Source of the DNA: Catajapyx aquilonaris
Lineage: Eukaryota
Assembly: GCA_000934665.2 (NCBI GenBank)
Contig: KZ538215.1
Location: 124,001-179,785, forward strand
Length of the DNA stretch: 55,785 nt
Direction of reading: 5' to 3'
Part shown: one piece after another, positions 52,401-55,785 of the stretch
How positions within the stretch are numbered: the stretch's first letter is position 1
Layout of the letters: each line of letters starts with the position of its first letter
The notes under the pieces: model-generated
The model's input: the letters and a program-made list of their open reading frames with translations, nothing else
What the model was told of the DNA's origin: nothing
Database searches by the model: none
Translations under genes and position numbers: made by a program

Positions 52401-55043
52401 GCTTAGTGATTGGACCAGGTGTGTAAAATTTTGAGTAAAGGAATTAGTGTGTTATGGGCCAATCAGACAGGGTGCAGTATATTCCACTTTCACGGAATGC
52501 TACAAATTTGCTGCATCTAAACTTGACACACTGGTTGGGTATGCAGTAAATGCATGGAACCAGCAGGTTGTTTACCTGGGATCCCTACCTATCCCACCAA
52601 TAACCCAGACCCACCCTCACCCAGGAATTGCCCTGTGTCTCAGCAGAGGGAATGGGGTGGACTTGGGCAAGCAGAGGAGAGAGACAGAGTTGGGAGAGCC
52701 TGCCTGCTGATTGGTCTATGTCAGATGCACAAAGCAAGGTCCAGGTCTCTGAACTTGGTTATGGCTAGGACCTAGTCCCCTTTTGCTGTGCCAACTATGC
52801 TGACAGTCAGTCAGGCTCTGTGAAGGGCTCATTGCATGAATCACATGCTACATGCATCATACCCTTTGTCTGACTGGCCCGTTGCACATGCAATACTCTT
52901 ACTTTCTCATGCTGTTACAACAGAGTTAAGGATTACAATGTAAGCCAGTCAGTTCAAGAGTCAGTGAGCTAGACATGAAGTGATGCTGATGAGGGGGAAT
53001 GATATTTGTGCAAGGTGATTCTCCCGAATGGGAACTCAAACATTCGTCAATAACTTATTAATAATGGTATGGTTCCTTATGAAAATTGACTTGTACTTAC
53101 CTTGTAACATGCCAAACAAGGTCTGACTAAAGAATATACCAAAAGTGGTCCCCTCCAGCATCCAAGAATTTTGTAATGCGAGTCTGCATATTGCCGAAGA
53201 CTCCTGCAGATGTGGTGGCGGGGATGGCATCAATCTCCCGCCCTCCCTGCGCCGTAAGGCATCTTTGAGGCCATCAATTGCCATGGGAGCAGTCCAATTC
53301 GTTTTGGGGTATGATGTGTTTTTTTTTTCTGGTGGAGTTTGTTGAAGGGCTGTGTATACAGAAATAACCCTCAAACAATTGATGCTCTCAAAGACGCCTT
53401 ACGGCATGTGGCGGGCAGGAGATTGATGCCATCCCCGCCGCCACATCTGCAGGAGTCTTCGGCAATATGCAGACTCACATTTAAAAATTCTTAGATGCTG
53501 GAGGGGATCACTTTTGTATATTCTTTAGTCAGACCTTGTTTGGCATGATACAAGGTAAGTACAAGTCAATTTTCATCAGGAACCATATCATAGTTAAACA
53601 GTTATTGAGGAATGTTAGGGTTTCCAATCGGGAGAATCACCCAGTATATACATTTATCAGTGTCCCATGATGATGTAAGTTCCTCTTCTATAAGACATTA
53701 ATACAAGGGTTAGTCAAAAGAAATTGAGACTGATTTTTTATGTCATAAAAATAATTAGTTCATCAATCACTGTGAGTGGCATCACATAAGCATGTCATAG
53801 ACCTGTGGTTTTCAAACGGGCACACAAACACAATTTTGGAAGTACATGAAAGATATCATGCAATGGTGTCCAGCCTGTATGTTTGTGGGGACCATAATAT
53901 TCAGATTCAACAAGAATGAACCAGCTTCTCAGAATAACACAAAACGGTCCTGCTTATACCATATTTCTGTTTGCTATTATTTTTTTAGTGAAAATTTATT
54001 ATATGCAGAAGCATTTTCTGACTGATGCGATTTTCATTCAGCAAGTGTGTTGAACCTCAAACAGCAACATGGCAGTGGTCACTCAAAAATTATTCCAAAA
54101 AGTTGACTTAAGCCCTTTTACGAACATCTGATTCAATTATGATTCTATGATTGCACTTTGCGACATTGTGAAGGTTTTGCAAATAAACTCTTGCTGCAGA
54201 CACTTATCTACCTTGCCTGAAATCTTTCTAGCTGAATGAATAAAACAGGGCTTCAAGGCATCACCACCAATATAATTATGTGCTCGTACTGTGCAAGACA
54301 ATATCTTAAGAATTATAAAAAAATTCATGTTTTGGGAATGTTGCGTAAAAGGAAGCAACATTGCTTGCTTCCCAGCAATTTCCAACAATTTCAACAGTGG
54401 AGGCCCAGTGGAGGTCAGCATCCAAGTCAACGTAATTATTGGAGCACAAGAATCAACTGGCACAACAGTTTAGAAATTATTTTTCCAAGATGGACATAGC
54501 AATCAATTGAACCAGTTATTATGACCACCACTGCACATACCTCCAAGTACAATTTGATGCTTTGACATCCCACTGAGGCAGAACTAGTCCTCTCAAGTTT
54601 AGTTCAGGACAAGTTTACGATAGGGCAGTACATGTCGTTCATAGTGATGTGCATGAATCAGGAGACATTTATAAAAAGATATGAAAGTCAATGTGGTATC
54701 CTATTTGTAAAAATTTTTGCAGCAATTTTTATTTATTTATTTAGGTATAAAATGTATTACAATAGAATGAATAGATGAATCACATAATTTTTTTTAAATG
54801 TTGCTCCCTTCATTAGCTTTTTGTATGTTATAATTACTAGCCTGCCAGTGGCCGACGTTTTGGCCAAGATTGCAGCTGAGAGAGAAGCTAAAGGAGAGCC
54901 TCCTTCTCCATCACTGACAACCGTATCAGGTGAAGGTCAACCTTTGGGGTTAGATGAAGAATGGATGGAATATTCAGAGCAGGTCTTGAACATCAAAACA
55001 AAGAGCATGACAACTGTCACAAAGAAGAAGAAGATCAAGAAAA
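37493..55043 (+). CDS. AK9: Adenylate kinase 9 (multi-domain AK/NMP kinase), 5' portion; continues beyond the window
   Basis: Exons 37493-37844, 42276-42532, 44557-45134, 45274-45360, 46140-46320, 52243-52418 and 54841-55043 with compatible phases (last two less certain). P-loop 1 FIIIGRPGVRKT, then HCGYVLEGFP, an acidic insert, RYRWKASKWGIHCPVALKDG...FLNRIYFMS...FVANPRPFLLPPMP (YHS-like linker), and P-loop 2 GITLSGKT. This is the AK9 architecture. Confidence 0.9.
37958..38148. mobile_element. hAT-type MITE
   Basis: CAGCATTTCTCAA / TTGAGAAACGCTG termini with TSD ctttaagg/gtttaagg. Confidence 0.75.
38407..39845. mobile_element. Tc1/mariner-derived foldback MITE hosting a mariner insertion
   Basis: TA|CAGGGTGTAAATGAATTCAGCCGACAAACTTGT...ACACCCTG|TA. 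The right arm is split at a TA (gtcaaa TA tgtttgtc). Confidence 0.9.
38873..39781 (+). mobile_element. Internally deleted mariner transposon (transposase pseudogene 39028-39705)
   Basis: ~71-bp TIRs starting CGAGGGGTGTTCAAG with a TA TSD. The HTH region QRIIIKFL...ILHEHLHVCKVSAR is joined out of frame to GIILLQDNARPH...HPPYSPDLATSDFHLFGP, with C-terminal GDYVAK*. The WVPxxL motif and first catalytic Asp region are missing. Confidence 0.93.
40414..40592. mobile_element. Short Harbinger-type MITE
   Basis: AAGCTGCATTTACATGTGAG / CTCACATGTAAACGCGGCTT termini in a TAA context. Confidence 0.6.
41372..41790. mobile_element. piggyBac-type MITE
   Basis: TTAA|CCCTTCACTACG...CAGTTACAGG|TTAA, homologous to 36284-36567. 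Confidence 0.75.
43014..43638. mobile_element. Tc1-type MITE containing a SINE
   Basis: CAGGGTGGCCATAAAGTCTGGAACCAATGG / CCATTGGTTCCAGACTCTATGGCCACCGTG termini. Confidence 0.75.
43182..43465 (-). mobile_element. tRNA-derived SINE (body resembles Lm1-type insect SINEs)
   Basis: A box TGGCATAGTGG, B box GGTTCGAATCC, body ...taggccacagccgcttccttcc, (ATT)n tail, and a 15-bp TSD GGTATCTGTTGAAGT. Confidence 0.88.
45533..45698. repeat. Short inverted-repeat element with internal GGACTAC tandem units
   Basis: gttattcac...gtgaataac termini and tandem tggactacccacgaaggtgtaca. A second copy is at ~6085-6218. Confidence 0.6.
45859..46112. mobile_element. Tc1-type foldback MITE
   Basis: TA|CAGGGTGTTTCAAATT...AATTGGAACACCCTG|TA with ~95-bp arms. 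Confidence 0.85.
46468..46865. mobile_element. MITE with TCACTTGCCAAAGGGCC termini and a nested Harbinger MITE (46598-46767, TTA TSD)
   Basis: Inverted termini seen directly. A second, empty copy of the outer family is at 47033-47220. Confidence 0.75.
47226..47532 (-). mobile_element. tRNA-derived SINE with (CAAA)n tail
   Basis: Minus-strand head GGGGGCATGGTAGTCTAGTCAAGTGG...GGTTCAAATCCC and 3' end ccccctaaaagggcccaaggg...cctatcacggggtagc. Confidence 0.75.
47622..47980. mobile_element. GC-rich Harbinger-type MITE
   Basis: GAGGCCTTCCAGACGGGTCGACCTTAGCCGCGGCC / GGCCGCGGCTAAGGTCGGCCCGTCTGGACGGCCCC termini, 3-bp ACT flanks, and an internal ~35-bp tandem duplication. Confidence 0.75.
48838..49620. 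mobile_element. pogo-like MITE carrying a SINE insertion
   Basis: GTACCTGTTTTACGC / GCGTAAAACAGGTAC inverted termini with TA flanks. Confidence 0.6.
49016..49275 (+). mobile_element. tRNA-derived V-domain-like SINE (young copy)
   Basis: A box TGGCCGAGTGG, B box GAGTTCGATCC, and a perfect 17-bp TSD ACTATTTGAAACATTTA. Homologous to 20277-20609. Confidence 0.9.
49764..50907. mobile_element. Non-autonomous hAT element
   Basis: CAGGGGCGGATTA / TAATCCGCCCCTG TIRs, a perfect 8-bp TSD ATCATAAG, and subterminal GCCGCCC repeats. Confidence 0.88.
51165..51513 (-). mobile_element. tRNA-derived SINE
   Basis: Minus-strand B box GGTTCAATCCC and a 14-bp TSD AAGAGCCAGACATT (51151-51164, 51514-51527). Confidence 0.8.
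53011..53644. mobile_element. Tc1-type foldback MITE with ~270-bp arms
   Basis: GGTGATTCTCCCGA / TCGGGAGAATCACC termini. The arms mirror each other through gtaaggcatctttgag / ctcaaagacgccttac. Confidence 0.85.
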
Positions 55044-55396
55044 GTGAGTTGGAAAGACACATTTAACACACTTTGTTGATGTACTTTACAGTACATAGTG
55101 TGGAAGAAATATTCTGTAACTAGCATACTACTACTACTACTACTGTCATCCTCATCATAATCATAATTTATCATCTAGGACCGCCAGTACCACCAGAGCT
55201 GGAGATCCCTATACCTCCACCAGTACCTGTAACCCGGGATCATCCCATGGTGGTAAAGGCCATTGAGAGTGCCTGTGAGTTTATTTCTATTATTATTACC
55301 CTTTTTAATCCATGACTCTAGGCACATATGATGCTTCCTCGAATAGTTGTATGTCAGTTGTCTGCAAGCGTAGGCAATCATGATCTGAATTCAGCC

Positions 55397-55512
55397 AGGG
55401 GTGGAATTTTCATATCACTGATAGTCACTGCTAACTTATCAATACCATTGCCAACACTGCACTGGTACGGCTAAGTTAGGAGTGACTATCAGTGGGACTA
55501 AAATTCCACCCC
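55397..55512. repeat. Small palindromic MITE
   Basis: GGGGTGGAATTTT...CACTGATAGTCACTGCTAACTT / AAGTTAGGAGTGACTATCAGTG...AAAATTCCACCCC. Related remnants are at ~33533-33600 and ~25365-25450. Confidence 0.65.
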
Positions 55513-55693
55513 ATGTCTTTATTTGAGTAGGGAACAGCAAAAGAATGTTGCTGGCATGTTGTTATTGGCATGGAAGGGACGAAGGTGCTTTCAAAGTGTG
55601 CATCTCAGGGTGGTTCACAAGGCTGTGGCTGTTTTTCTTGTTCTTCAAGGGACAACTTTTTATGCCCGACAGAATACAGTATACTCCCAATAT

Positions 55694-55785
55694 ACAGGGT
55701 GTTTATTGTAACTCTGCAAAGACTTTCAGGGGTAATAGAGGGGACCAAGACAAGTATTTTTGACATAGGAACCTGTGTCCGGAAA
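55694..55785. mobile_element. Left end of a Tc1-type MITE related to 11074-11643
   Basis: TA|CAGGGTGT...gtaatagaggggaccaagacaag...tttgacataggaacc...gtgtccggaaa. Confidence 0.75.

Noticed and set aside
37100..53000. CTGATGA/CTGACGA motifs as hammerhead ribozyme cores
   Set aside because: No flanking stems with a correctly placed GAAA were found by eye. An Infernal/RNAMotif scan would be needed to exclude them formally.
53703..54620. Possible old mariner/Tc1 remnant starting TACAAGGGTTAGTCAAAAG
   Set aside because: The left end looks TIR-like, but no matching right TIR or convincing transposase motif could be read.

Overview
Eukaryotic genomic DNA, most likely from an arthropod (inferred from arthropod-type SINE families, introns as short as 57-90 nt and Inr/DRE-like motifs). 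It is draft quality with N gaps. Three spliced genes are recognisable: ANKRD16 (minus strand, 4 coding exons, 346 aa), the mitochondrial tRNA 2-thiouridylase TRMU/MTU1 (plus strand, 7 exons, 385 aa) head-to-head with it, and the 5' part of adenylate kinase 9 (plus strand, at least 7 exons, running off the right end). Two further genes need manual reading. One is a minus-strand gene whose first two coding exons (3541-3443, 3356-3210) splice into an NRF1/Erect-wing-like DNA-binding-domain protein. The other is an unidentified 228-aa single-exon ORF (34754-35440) preceded by a GC-rich leader, a candidate 21-nt microexon and several uORFs. The rest is densely packed with often-nested non-autonomous transposons: Tc1/mariner, pogo, hAT, PIF/Harbinger and piggyBac-type MITEs, Helentron/DINE-like elements, several tRNA-derived SINE families and one internally deleted mariner. 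The 7.5-19 kb region contains several promoter-like islands, including a near-perfect p53-type site. A decayed, glycoprotein-like reading frame occupies the first ~2 kb. No CRISPR array, rRNA or genuine tRNA gene was found, and no single novel system is demonstrated.
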